From Chiloscyllium plagiosum (taxonomy: Eukaryota), in contig NC_057746.1 in the NCBI RefSeq assembly GCF_004010195.1, forward strand, positions 1,005,095-1,037,994: DNA of 32,900 nt, written 5' to 3'. The translations under genes were made by a program, and so were the position numbers. The notes under the pieces were generated by a model. It worked only from the letters and a program-made list of their open reading frames with translations, did not search any database and was not told where the DNA came from. This document shows positions 21,375 to 32,398 of the stretch, in pieces (positions within the stretch are counted from its first letter, which is position 1; each line of letters opens with the position of its first letter).

Positions 21375-21860
21375 TGGCTCTGGAGGGGTTGCAGAGGAGG
21401 GTTGACTAGGTTGATTCCAGAGTTGAGGGTTGGCTTATGAGGAGAGAGTGAGTAGACTGGAATTATTATACTCTTTGGAATTTAGAATGAGGGGACTGTC
21501 TTATCTATTCCCTTCATAAATTTTATGAATCTATAAGATGGAAGCAAGTAGGTTGTTTCCACTGGTGGGTGAAATTAGGGTTTGAAGCATAGCCTCAAAG
21601 TTAGAGGAGCAGATTTGACTGAGTTGATGAGGAACTTCACTCAAAAGGTTGTGAATTTCCTGCCCAGTGAAGCAGTTGAGGATACCTCATTGAATTTTAA
21701 GGTAAAGACAGATTTTACAACATTTAAAGGAATTAATGGTTATGGTCAGTCGGTGTGTAAGTGGAGCTGAGTCCAAGAAAAGATCGGCCATGATCATATT
21801 AAGCCTGCTCTGCCGTTCAATGGGCCAGGTGGCCTAAACCAGCTCCTATTACTTCTGCTC
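21375..21860 (+). mobile_element. CR1-clade LINE 3' fragment, decayed
   Basis: Encodes degenerate LEG.QRR.TRLIPEL and RNFTQKVVN..LPSEAVE; homologous to 12660-13120. Confidence 0.8.
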
Positions 21861-22019
21861 ATAAATTAACGAGTTGGGAAATAATCTTCATCATGACTAC
21901 AAAGAGGGGCAGGAAATTTGGAATGCATCAGAATGCAAAAGATGAAAGCTGATTATCAGAATGCAGTAGCATTTATCAACTGATGAACTGAAATCTGAGC
22001 TGATATCCATTTGAGGAAT

Positions 22020-22215
22020 AGATTGAACTGCCTGAGGAAGTGGTGGAGGGTAGTACAATTACCACATTTCAAAGGCATCTGGGTGGGTATATGAATAGGA
22101 AAGGTTGAAGAATATGGGCCAAGCGCTGGCAAATGGGAAGAGATTAATGTGCCATATCTGGTTGGCATGGACGAGTTGGACTGAAGAGTGTGTGGCCATG
22201 TTGTGTAGCTCTTTG
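22020..22215 (+). mobile_element. CR1-clade LINE 3' tail fragment
   Basis: GAACTGCCTGAGGAAGTGGTGGAGG...GGGTATATGAATAGGAAAGG, homologous to 120-318. Confidence 0.8.
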
Positions 22216-23979
22216 GTTGTAAGATAATAGATCTTAATATTCAAGGGTACACTTCAAAAGGGCAAGAAACTCTAAAACAACCAAGGACAGGCAATAAATG
22301 CTGGCCAGCTGTGACTCCCACATCCCATGAATAAATAAGTGCCATATTGAGGTGACATTGCTTCTAAAGGTGAGGAATAAGAAACAGGAAAGGTAAGATG
22401 TTGCTTTGTGGGTGCAGTTAATAATGTTCATTAACCAACCACACTGGAGGACAGATAGAGGAAGAAATCTGGCTTTGAGGAAAGCTTACCTTGGATGATT
22501 TTAATCCAAATTTAAATTGGATTGCCTGGATGAGGAGTTCATTTGTTTTCAGGTTAGTTGTCGAGAGCAGGATATTCTAGCTCTGGTAATGTACAATGAG
22601 GCAGGATCAATAAATTACCAACCTCCATAAAGGAGACTCTAGATAGCAGTGATTAAAATTCAGTTTGAGGAATGAAGTCATTAATTTTAAGAGAACAGGC
22701 TAGAGTGAAATTAGAATTGAGGTATATCAATAGAAATCAAATATTTGCATGTGACTTTAGGGAAAGGCTGCATCATTCATTGCCAAGGCATTAATAGTAT
22801 CAAATTGAAAGGAGATGTACTGTTCTGTGCAGGGTCATAATATACATAATAAAAGATAAGATAATATGAAAGCCTGCAAAGAATTACTAGAGCAAAGAGA
22901 GAAAAGAAATTAGTGAGAAAGCTAGTAAGAGATGGTTGAATTTTCTCTATTATTCCATGAAAACAGACTACCTGTCATTGGAAGAGAAACAGTAAGATCC
23001 ATCTGGGAACTTGCAGCCATGCTGGTAATAAGAATTCGACAATAGAAACTGGGATTGTTCCCTGGCACCATCTCAGGATTTCATTCCATAAGTTCTTTGC
23101 CTAGTTGGGATCCTTGGCTCATTGCTGATGTTTCATTTTAAGGAATTTACCGAGTAGTTGTTCAACAGTGGTTTTTCATTACCTTCCACTCTGGGAAGGG
23201 AAAAGAGCTTGATTCCAAATCCACCTTGGCAAAAGCACTAATTGAAACATTAGTGGTGTCATTCTGAGTTGCAAGCTAGCTAATTGAACTAACTAGCCCT
23301 GCATAGTATCCATATGGGATAAGGGGTTTATCATATGAGAAATGCCTTCGCTTAAAATGTTTTAAGCCTTTGGAATTATTGATCCCAGGTGGCTGTGATG
23401 CCATAAGGCTGACCACTTTCAATGTAATTTTTTTGATTTCTCAGGAAATTGAAGGGTATGTGAAGTAATGGCAAAAATGGGTGGTCTTCTGATCCTATTT
23501 CTTAGGATATAATGATAATGGAATTGTGACTAAACAGTGTAATCAATTAAGCTTTAGCACATTGAGACATTAGGCAAGAGGTGGAAAGAGTTGGGATCTA
23601 TAGGTTGAAGTGTACCTGTTTCTCCTGAAACTGCTACACCCAACACCTGTTGATTATGAATCCAAAGCACTGGTCCAGATCTCAAGGTCAGTAGCAGCCG
23701 GAGCATGTCACCACTGAATGTGAAAATAATTAACCTTTTTTGCATTCTTCTAATTGGGGAATTTGTGTTCTGTATAGAATCTTGGTTTTTTTTTATTTTT
23801 CTCTCATTTTAATTGTAGATTGAAATGGGAAAAGGACTATTTTAAAATTTCAAATCTTGTGCCCTTTTAAAAGCAAGCTATTAGCATTCCTTATAAGTGC
23901 TATTTTACACTGCTACTTGTTTAAATAGTGGGGAATGTTACTGAAGCAAGGGCTTAGTACAAAGTGAGATTTAGTACGC

Positions 23980-24345
23980 ACTGCTGCTAGCATTTGCTGG
24001 CTATCTACAAGAAATTCACCAAGTACTAAGACTGCACCTTCCAAACCCATTACTTCTTCTGTCTAGAAGGACAAGGGCAGCAGATAAATGAGAACACCAT
24101 CACCTGCAAGTTCCCCTTCAAGCCACTCACCATCCTGACTTGAAACATATTACCATTCCTTGACTGACTGTCGCTGGGTGAAAATCTTGGGATTCCCTCC
24201 CTCATAGCATTGTTGGACAACCTACAGCAGGTGGACTGCAGTGGTTCAAGAAGGCAGCTCACCACCACCTTAAGTGCAACTAAGAATGGGCAATAAGTAC
24301 TGTGCCAGTCAGCGATGCCCATGTTCTAAGAGTGAATTTAAAAAG
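23980..24345 (+). mobile_element. LINE 3' end (second family, CR1/L2 group)
   Basis: Homologous to 5960-6120 and to the reverse complement of 27690-27960. Confidence 0.7.
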
Positions 24346-24852
24346 TCGCTGATTGGGCTGTGAATGGTGGGGGAACCAGTAATCAAGGACAAAGACCTTC
24401 TGGCTACCAACAAGTACAGAATTGGCTTACAGATACCTGTACAGCTTGTGGGTGTGAATGTAAGGTCAAAGCCATCAAACCTCCACAAAGGAGTGTTTTG
24501 TCCTTTTATTCTACAGTAAAAACCACCATAAACCTGAAGAAAGCTAAATAATTTTCCCTCAGCAGTTGCTGAAAGCTGTGGCTTTAGCTAATGAGACCGA
24601 CTTTATAAGTGTGAATGAGTGACTCTGTGCTTCCTGCAAGCAAGTGCAAATACCTGGAGAAGGAAGATTAAGAAACAAGCCAAAAGGATCTTCTCAGCAA
24701 ACCATGTGGACAGGGACCATTGAACTGCTTTCCCTGTCTTACCCTGAACATGTTACAACTGTGTGTGTGTGGGTGTTTTAATAAGGGACTTAGAGAGTTT
24801 TAACATGTAGACTTACATGTTGACAGTTCATAGTTGTTTATCTATTGCTATA

Positions 24853-25034
24853 TTCTGGATTAGTGGTGCTGGAAGAGCACAGCAATTCAGGTAGCATCCG
24901 ACGAGCAGCAAAATCAACGTTTTGCCTGAAATGTCGATTTGCTGCTCATCGGATGCTACCTGAACTGCTGTGCTCTTCCAGCACCACTAATCCAGAATCT
25001 GGTTTCCAGCATCTGCAGTCATTGTTTTTACCTC
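24853..25034. mobile_element. Penelope-derived palindromic mini-element (related subfamily), 14-bp TSD
   Basis: TTCTGGATTAGTGGTGCTGGAAGAGCACAGC... pairs with ...GCTGTGCTCTTCCAGCACCACTAATCCAGAA; TSD TATCTATTGCTATA at 24839-24852 and 25035-25048. Confidence 0.85.
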
Positions 25035-25249
25035 TATCTATTGCTATAGTCTATTTATTTGTAATAACTAGGCATTCTTGTTCAGTACAGAAACCTAATA
25101 AATGTTTTCTGTCAGTCTGGATTTAAAAGACAGATAAATTGAGGAATTTTATTTACCTTTATAAAATCTTTAATGTTTGTGATGATTCTGGAAATAACAG
25201 CCGGATTTCCAATGTGCTACCCAAGTGAGCATAACTGAATCCTAAAATT

Positions 25250-26205
25250 TCCTATCAATTCCTGATAATCTTTGATTGTCCTGCCTAACACGAATCGATC
25301 AACCTCCACCTTAAAAATATTTAATGATCCCACCTTCACTGCCTTCTGAGGCACAGAGTTCTAAAGTTACACAACCCCTCTGAGAGAAAGAAATAAAATT
25401 CTTCTCATTTCTGTCATAAAAGGAGACCTAAATCTAAAATAGTGCCCCCTTTCTGGACTGACCCATAGGAAGAAACATCATTTCTAAATCTACCTTGTCA
25501 ACACCATTCAGGATCTGAACTATTTTGATCAAGTCACCACCCCTTGGTCTTCTGAACCCCAGGATGAAAAAAACCTGATCTGTACCATCTTTCATTCTAG
25601 GCAACCCCATTCATTCAAAGTATCATTCGAGTAAACTACCTCTATCCTTAATAAGGAGACCAAAACTGCACAAAGCATTTGAAATATAATTGAAGCATAA
25701 CTTCCTTACTTTTACGTTTAATACCTCTATTAATAAAGGATGGCATTCCATTAGCCTCCTTAATCATTTGCTGGACCTAACTTTTATATTTTGTAATGCA
25801 TTCACTAGGACACCTAGATCCTTCTGCATCCCAGAATTCTGCTGCTGTTCTGCACTTAAATAATACTTTGCTTTCTTTACTCTTCCCGCCAAAGTGAACA
25901 ATATACTCATCTAGCAGATATTTGCCCCACTCATTCAGCCACATTGTCTTGGATCCCCTCACCTAAGTCATTGATGTAAATTATAAAATGTTGAGGGCCG
26001 AGCAAAGACCCCTATGGGATCCCAATGTCCTATCTTGCTAATCAGATGAAGACCCCCATTTCTGCATACTCTCCGTTTTCTGTTACCCAGCCAATCTTTT
26101 ATCCAAGATATTAAGCCTTGAACCATGAGATCCCATAATGCACAATAAACTTTTATCTTGTACCTTGTCAAATGCCTCTGGAACTCGCAAGTACAGGATA
26201 TCAAT
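25250..26205 (-). mobile_element. Old CR1-clade LINE RT fragment
   Basis: The - strand has degenerate FQRHL..., WIKDWLGNRKRRV, IVHFGGK and CAVLVSLL-type CR1 RT segments. Confidence 0.75.
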
Positions 26206-26279
26206 GAGCTCTGCTTCATCCAGCAAGTTGGGGAACCAGGTAGCTCAGTTGCCTGAACAGCTGGTTAGTAATTATACCA

Positions 26280-27004
26280 AAGTTTGGGAGAAGATTTGTA
26301 GCTCAGGTGCTCGTTGTTGTGGTTCTGTTCGCCGAGCTGGGAATTTTTGTTGCAGACGTTTCTTCCCCTGTCTAGGTGACATCGTCGTGCTTGGGGGCCT
26401 CCTGTGAAGCACTTCTGTGATGTTTCCTCCAGCATTTATAGTGGTTTGTCCTCTGCCGCTTCCGGTTGGCAGTTCCAGCTATCCGCTGCAGTGGTCGGTA
26501 TATTGGGTCCAGGTCGATGTGCTTATTGATTGAATCTGTGGATGAGTGCCATGCCTCTAGGAATTCCCTAGGCTCAAAGCACTACATAGGACAAAAAGGA
26601 AGACAGCTAACGATCCCCATCCATGAACACCAACTAGCCACGAAACGACACGACCTGCTATCCTTAGTAGCCACACACGTAGATGACAAACACCATGAGT
26701 TCGACTGGGACAACACTACTATTATAGGACAAGCCAAACAGAGAACAGCCATGGAATTCCTAGAGGCATGGCACTCATCCACAGATTCAATCAATAAGCA
26801 CATCAACCTGGACCCAATATACCAGCCACTGCAGCGGACAGCTGGAACTGACAACCGGAAGCGGCAGGGACAGACCACTATAAATGCTGGAGGAAACATC
26901 ACAGAAGCGCTTCACAGGAGGCCCCCAAGCACTGACGATGTCACCTAGACAGGGGACGAAACGTCTGCGACAAAAATTCCCAGCTCGGCGAACAGAACCA
27001 CAAC
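26280..27004. mobile_element. Penelope-like element (family B, Poseidon-like) with inverted 5' part, GIY-YIG C-terminus, 13-bp TSD
   Basis: 26580-26850 (+) encodes HYIGQKGRQLTIPIHEH...HEFDWDNTTIIGQAKQRTAMEFLEAWHSSTDSINKHINLDPIY. About 26315-26567 is the reverse complement of about 26753-27005. TSD AGTAATTATACCA at 26267-26279 and 27005-27017. Confidence 0.92.
26929..26968 (+). ncRNA. Minimal type I hammerhead ribozyme motif (PLE family B)
   Basis: GCA-CTGACGA-T-GTCACCT(AGAC)AGGGGAC-GAAAC-GTC-TGC has the full core, helix II, palindromic ACGT helix III and a 3-bp helix I. Confidence 0.7.
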
Positions 27005-27689
27005 AGTAATTATACCATCGGCAATAGCATAGGTTCAATTCCTGGACCACCTGAGATAATTGTGAAGGACCTTCCTTCCCAACCTCCTCTGAGGCATGGT
27101 TACCCTCAGGTTAAACCACCATCAGTCTCTCTAATGAGAGAGCAACCCAATGACCATGTGGCTGTCATTGTCTCACCATTTATATCCAGAATGGATGTTA
27201 CTCCTTCAAAGAATTGATTAAACACAATTTCCATTTCTGACCCTTCTTGATAAACTTTGCAAGGTAAGTACCTACACCCCAAGTCTCTGACACTGATATC
27301 AGTGTAAGTGACATTCGTGGAAAGCACAGGGCAGCACAAATCAACCCACCATAAGTTTAAACTTCCTGTGCATGTGCCATGCTTGTATATACACCAGGAC
27401 TTTAGCTGGGTCCTAATCAGTAATGTCAGCTCAACATTCACCACCACAGGCATTGAAGATCTGGCCAATTCTGCAATAAATTACCATGAATCAATAGTAA
27501 ATGTCATCACCATCTCTTTGGTGAGTCAGTTCCATTGATTGACCATTTGCCCACTGAAATATTCCCGCTCCAGATCTGAACTCCCTTAAAGCTCAACTAT
27601 GTCTTATTCTGGATAAGGGGAAAACAATTTGGCATGTACACAGTAACCTGTCCCATTAGACTCCTATAAATTGCAATTGTATCATCTCA

Positions 27690-28420
27690 CAATAGTATTT
27701 ATTGTCCTTCCCTAGTTGACTTTGAGTAGCTGGTGGTGAGATGCCTTTTTGAACCACTGCAATCACGTGCTGAAGATAAATCCACAATGCCCTTGGGGAG
27801 GGAGTTCAGGATTTTGACCCAGCTGAAAGAATGGCAATGTATTTCCATGTCAGGTTGGTGCTTGACTTGGAGGGAAACTTGCTGTGATGGTGTTTCTGTA
27901 TGTGTGCTGCTCTTGTCCTTCTAGATCAAGAAATGTTCGTGGGTTTGGAAAATATCATTGAAGGAGCTTTGATGAAATTCTGCAGTGCATCTTGTAAATG
28001 GTATACATTGTTGCTACTGAGCATTAGTTGTGGAGGGGATGAATGCTCAATGTGGTAGATTTGGTGCTGTCAATTTCTTGAATATTGTTGGAGCTGCACT
28101 CTTTGAGTAAAGTGGGAAGTATTCCATCACACTCCTGACTCGTTCCTTGTAGATGGTGGTCAGGATTTGGGAAGTCAGGAGGTGAGTTATTTGCAACATA
28201 ATTTTCAACCTCTAATCAGCATCTGTAGTCACAGCATAGTTTACATTGCTAGCCAGAAATTTGATAGTGGATAACTTCAGCAATGGTAATGCCATTGAAT
28301 ATCAAAGGGTAATGCTCAGATTCTCTATGGTTGAGATGGTCACCATCTGGCACTTGTGTAGCAGGAATGTTTCTTGCCACTGCTGGCTCCTTCATTATTT
28401 CCGGACTTGTGAATGGAGCT
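27690..28420 (-). mobile_element. LINE fragment (second family, CR1/L2 group), decayed
   Basis: The left end is the reverse complement of the 23980-24345 tail; it continues into degenerate RT-like sequence. Confidence 0.65.
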
Positions 28421-28439
28421 GAACAATGTGAAATCACAG

Positions 28440-28665
28440 AATCCCCTTCTGCACTCTTCAATGTGTTCACATCCAACCAGTTGTGTTTTGCCCAGGTCTG
28501 CACACAATACTCCAACTGAGATCTAGTAAGTGTCTTGTACAATCACCTCTTGTACTCTATGCCCCTATAAATAAAGCCTAGAAAACTGCATGCTTTGCTC
28601 TCTCCACCTGTCTTGTCACCTGTAATGATCTATGCATAAAGGTGTTTCTGCTTTGGCACCTCCTT
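28440..28665 (-). mobile_element. CR1-clade LINE fragment
   Basis: The - strand gives LYKTLTRSQLEYCVQTW. Confidence 0.75.
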
Positions 28666-29691
28666 TACAGTACATAGAACATAAAACAGTACAACACAGT
28701 ACAGACCCTTCGAACCTTGATATTGTGTTGATTTTTCATCCTACTCTAAGATCAAACTGACCTACATTCCCTAGATTTTACTATCATCCATGTGCCTATC
28801 CAAGCATTGTTTAAATGTCCCTAATGTATCTGACTGTACTACCACGGCTGGCAGTGTATTCCACGCCCTCACCACTCTCTGTGTAAAGAACCCACTCCTG
28901 ACATCACCCCGAAACATTCCTCCAATCACCTTAAAATTATGCCCCCTCATGATAGCCATTTCCTCCCTGGGAAAAAGCCTCTGGCTGTTCACTCTATCTA
29001 TGCCTCTCACCATCTTGCACACCTCTAAGTCACCACTCATCCTTCTTCGCTCCACTGAGAAAAGCCTTAGCTCCCTCAACCTTTCTTCATAAGACATGCC
29101 CTTCAGTCCAGGCAGCATCCTGGTAAATCTCCTCTGCACCCTCTCTAAAGCTTCCACATCTTTCATATAATGATGCAACCAAAACTGAACACAATATTCC
29201 AAACAGGTCTAACCAGGGTTTTATAGAGCTGCAGCATAACCTCATAACTCTTAAACTCAATCCCGCTGCTAATGAAAGCCAATACACCATATGCCTTCTG
29301 GGTGGCAACTTTGAGGGATCTATGGATGTGGACCCCAACACCCCTTTGTTCCTCCACACTGCCAAGAATCCTGCCTTTAACCCTGCATTCAAATTCAACC
29401 TTCCAAAATGAATCACTTCACACTTTTCCAGGTTGAACTCCATCTGCCACTTATCAGCCCAGTTCTGCATCCTATCAAAGTCTTGTTGCAACCTACAACA
29501 ACCCTTTACACTGTCCAGAACTCCACCAACTTTCATATCAATGGCAAACTTACTAACCATCCTTCCAATTCTTCGACCAAGTCATTTACAAAAATCACAA
29601 AGAGCAGAGGTCCTAGACTGATCCGTGTGGAACACCACTGGTCACCAAGGTCTAGGCTGAATGCTTTCCTTCTACCACCACCCTCTGTCTT

Positions 29692-29784
29692 ATTCCTGAT
29701 GTAGGGCTTTTGCCCGAAATGTTGATTTCGCTGCTCCTTGGATGCTGCCTGAACTGCTGTGCTCTTCCAGCGCCACTAATCCAG
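29692..29784 (+). mobile_element. Penelope terminal repeat fragment inside the CR1 (degenerate hammerhead)
   Basis: ATTCCTGATGTAGGGCTTTTGCCCGAAATGTTG...CCACTAATCCAG; same subfamily as 24853-25034. Confidence 0.8.
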
Positions 29785-30498
29785 AATTCTGTATTCAGAC
29801 AGACAGGTTTTACTGTATCCCATGCCTCCTAAATTTCTGAATGAGCCTACCATGGGGAACCTTATCAAACACCTTGCTAAAATCCACATACACCACATTT
29901 ACTGCTTTACCTTCGTCAATGTGTTTTGTCACATTCTCAAAGAATTCAGTAAGGCTTGTGTATCATGACCTGCCCCTCATAAAGACATGCAGACTATCTC
30001 TAATCAAACTATGCTTTTCCAAACAATCATAAATCCTGTATCTCAGAATCCTCTCCAATAATTTGCCCACCACTGAAACACTGACTGGTTTATAATTCCC
30101 AGGGTTATCACTATTCCCTTTCTTGAACAAGGGAATAAGATTTGCCACCCTCCAATCATCTGGCACGACTCCAGTGAACAGTGAGGATGCAAAGATCATT
30201 GCCAAAGGCACAGCAAACTTTTCCCTCACTTCCCATGGTAACCTAAGATATATCATGTCTGATCCAAAGGACTTATCTATTCTCATGCTTTTCAAAACTT
30301 TCAGCACATCCTCCTTCTTAACATTAACCTGTTTGAACATATCAGGCTGTTTCACAAACAACAAAGTCCCTCTCACGAGTGCATACTGAAGCAAAGTATT
30401 CATTAAGGACTTCACCTACCTCCTCGGACTCCAGGTACAAGTTCCCTCCACTATCTCTGATGGCTCTACCCTCACTCTAGCCATCCTCTTGTTCCTCA

Positions 30499-30751
30499 GG
30501 CGACTCTCTGTGTGGAGTTTGCACATTCTCCCCGTGTCTGCGTGGGTTTCCTCCGGGTGCTCCGGTTTCCTCCCACAATCCAAATTATGTGCAGGTTAGG
30601 TGACTTGGCAATGCTAAATTGCCTGTAGTGTTAGGTGAAGGGGTAAATGTAGGGGAATGGGTCTGGGTGGGTTGCGCTTCGGCAGGTCGGTGTGGACATG
30701 TTGGGCCGAAGGGCCTGTTTCCACACTGTAAGTAATCTAATCAAAAAAAAA
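30499..30751 (+). mobile_element. HE1-type V-SINE, 5'-truncated, inserted into the CR1
   Basis: V-domain GTGTGGAGTTTGCACATTCTCCCCGTGTCTGCGTGGGTTTCCTCCGGGTGCTCCGGTTTCCTCCCAC, LINE-like tail GGGCCGAAGGGCCTGTTTCCACACTGTAA, and an A run. Confidence 0.9.
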
Positions 30752-31629
30752 GTGTAGAACACCTTGGGGTTTTCCTTAATCCTACCTGCTGAAGCTTTTT
30801 CATGCCTCCTTCTAGCTTTCCCAAGTCCATTCTTCAGTTCCTTCCTGGCTACGTTGTAACCCTCTAGAGCCCTATCTGATCCTTGCTTTCTCAACCTTAA
30901 GTAAGCTTCCTTATTCCTCTGGACAAGATGTTCCACAACCCTTGTCATCCAAGGTTCCTTCACTCTACCATCTCTTCCTTGCCTCAGTGAGACAAACCTA
31001 TCCAGCACTATCAGCAAGGGCCTCCTAAACAACCTCCGCATTTCTGTTGTGCATTTCCCTGAGAATATCTGCTCCCCATTTATGGTCCACAGTTCCTGCC
31101 TAATAGCATTGTAATTCCCCCTCACCCAACTAAATACTTTCCCATACCGTCTGCTCCTATCCCTCTCCATGTCTATCATAAAGATGAGGCAATTGTGATC
31201 ACCATCACTGAAATGCTCTACCACCGAGAAATCTGATCCCTGACCTGGTTCATTGCCAAGCACCAAATCCAATACAGCCTCCCCTCTTGTCGGCCTATCT
31301 ACATACTGAGTCAGGAATCCTTCCTGGACATGCCTAATAAAATCAGCTCCATCCAAATTATTTGCACTAAGGAGATTCCAATCAATATTAGAGAAATTGA
31401 AGTCACCCATGACAACAAACCTGTTATGTCTGTACCTTTCCAAAATCTGCCTCCCAATCTGCTCCCCTATATTTCTGTTGCTGTTGGGGAGGTCTATAGA
31501 AAACTCCCAATAAAGTGACTGATCTTTTCCTGTTTCTGACTTCCACCCATGCTGACTCTGTGGACAAACCCTCCTCGATGACCTTCCTTTCTGCAGCTGT
31601 GATACTATCCCTGATTAGCAATGCCACTC

Positions 31630-32395
31630 CATGTCTTTATTACCCTTAATTGTAACTGTCTCTTCATGTTCTTTCTACCATGTTGTTTCACCACATACTT
31701 CTCTGAACTTAACTGTCACCTACCTACCACTTCACTAATTTATCTATGTCCTTTAGAAGGTTTACACTGTCCTCCTCATATTTATAATGCTTCCAAGTCT
31801 TGAATCATCTGAAAGCTTTGACATTGTCCCCTGTAAACCAATTAATATATTAATTAGATCATTAATATATATCAGGAAAAGGAAGGGTCCAAATCCTGAT
31901 CCCTGGGGTACTCCACTACAAACCTTCCTCTAACCTGAAAGTATCCATTGACCGTTACTCTCTGTTTCCTTTCACTCAGCCAATTTTGTATCCACATTGC
32001 CAATGTCCATTTTATTCTATGGCCTATAACTTTCCTCACAAGTCTGTTGTGTGGCGCTGTATCAAACACCTTCTAGAAGTCCATGTACACCACATCAACA
32101 GCAATATACCCACATTAACTGTCTCTTTAGAGAAATTTGATATGTTAGCTAAACATAAATTTCCTTTAAGTAAAATCCATGCTGACCCTTCTTTATTAAA
32201 TTTGTTCATGTGACTATTAATTCTATCTCAATATTCTATATCTATATAGGTTTCCTCAATGCTGTAGTAAACTGATCTATAATTGCTGGGCTATCCTTAC
32301 AAGGATACTGATGTAATGTTCGCAATTCTCCAATCCTCTGGCACCACCCCTAAATTTAAAGAAGACTAAAACATTATGACCATTACCTCCACAAT
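31630..32395 (-). mobile_element. Older CR1-clade LINE RT fragment
   Basis: The - strand gives FDTAPHNRLVRKV...WIQNWLSERKQRVTVNG and a GVPQGS-like segment. Confidence 0.85.
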
Positions 32396-32398
32396 TTC

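Larger units (their letters stand above)
26230..27165 (+). mobile_element. tRNA-derived SINE (26230-26279 and 27005-27165) split by a Penelope insertion
   Basis: A-box-like GGTAGCTCAGTTG on the left, B-box-like GGTTCAATTCC on the right; body homologous to 11250-11460. Confidence 0.65.
28675..31627 (-). mobile_element. Long CR1-clade LINE ORF2 remnant (AP endonuclease plus RT), frameshifted, with nested insertions
   Basis: APE motifs VALLIRDSI, LLGVFYRPP, VMGDFNF, PTRGEAVLDLVL, DGDHN; RT motifs VVPDDWRVANLIPLFKKG...[38 protein letters not shown]. Confidence 0.95.

Noticed and set aside
27106-27538. 120-aa minus-strand ORF and a plus-strand AG...GTAAGT exon-like segment (27189-27262)
   Set aside because: The plus segment has stops in all three frames. 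The minus ORF has no recognisable homology and runs into a SINE.
30631-31443. 270-aa ORF as a novel fusion protein
   Set aside because: It is the CR1 endonuclease/linker region reading into the antisense strand of the inserted HE1 SINE; the surrounding ORF2 is frameshifted.
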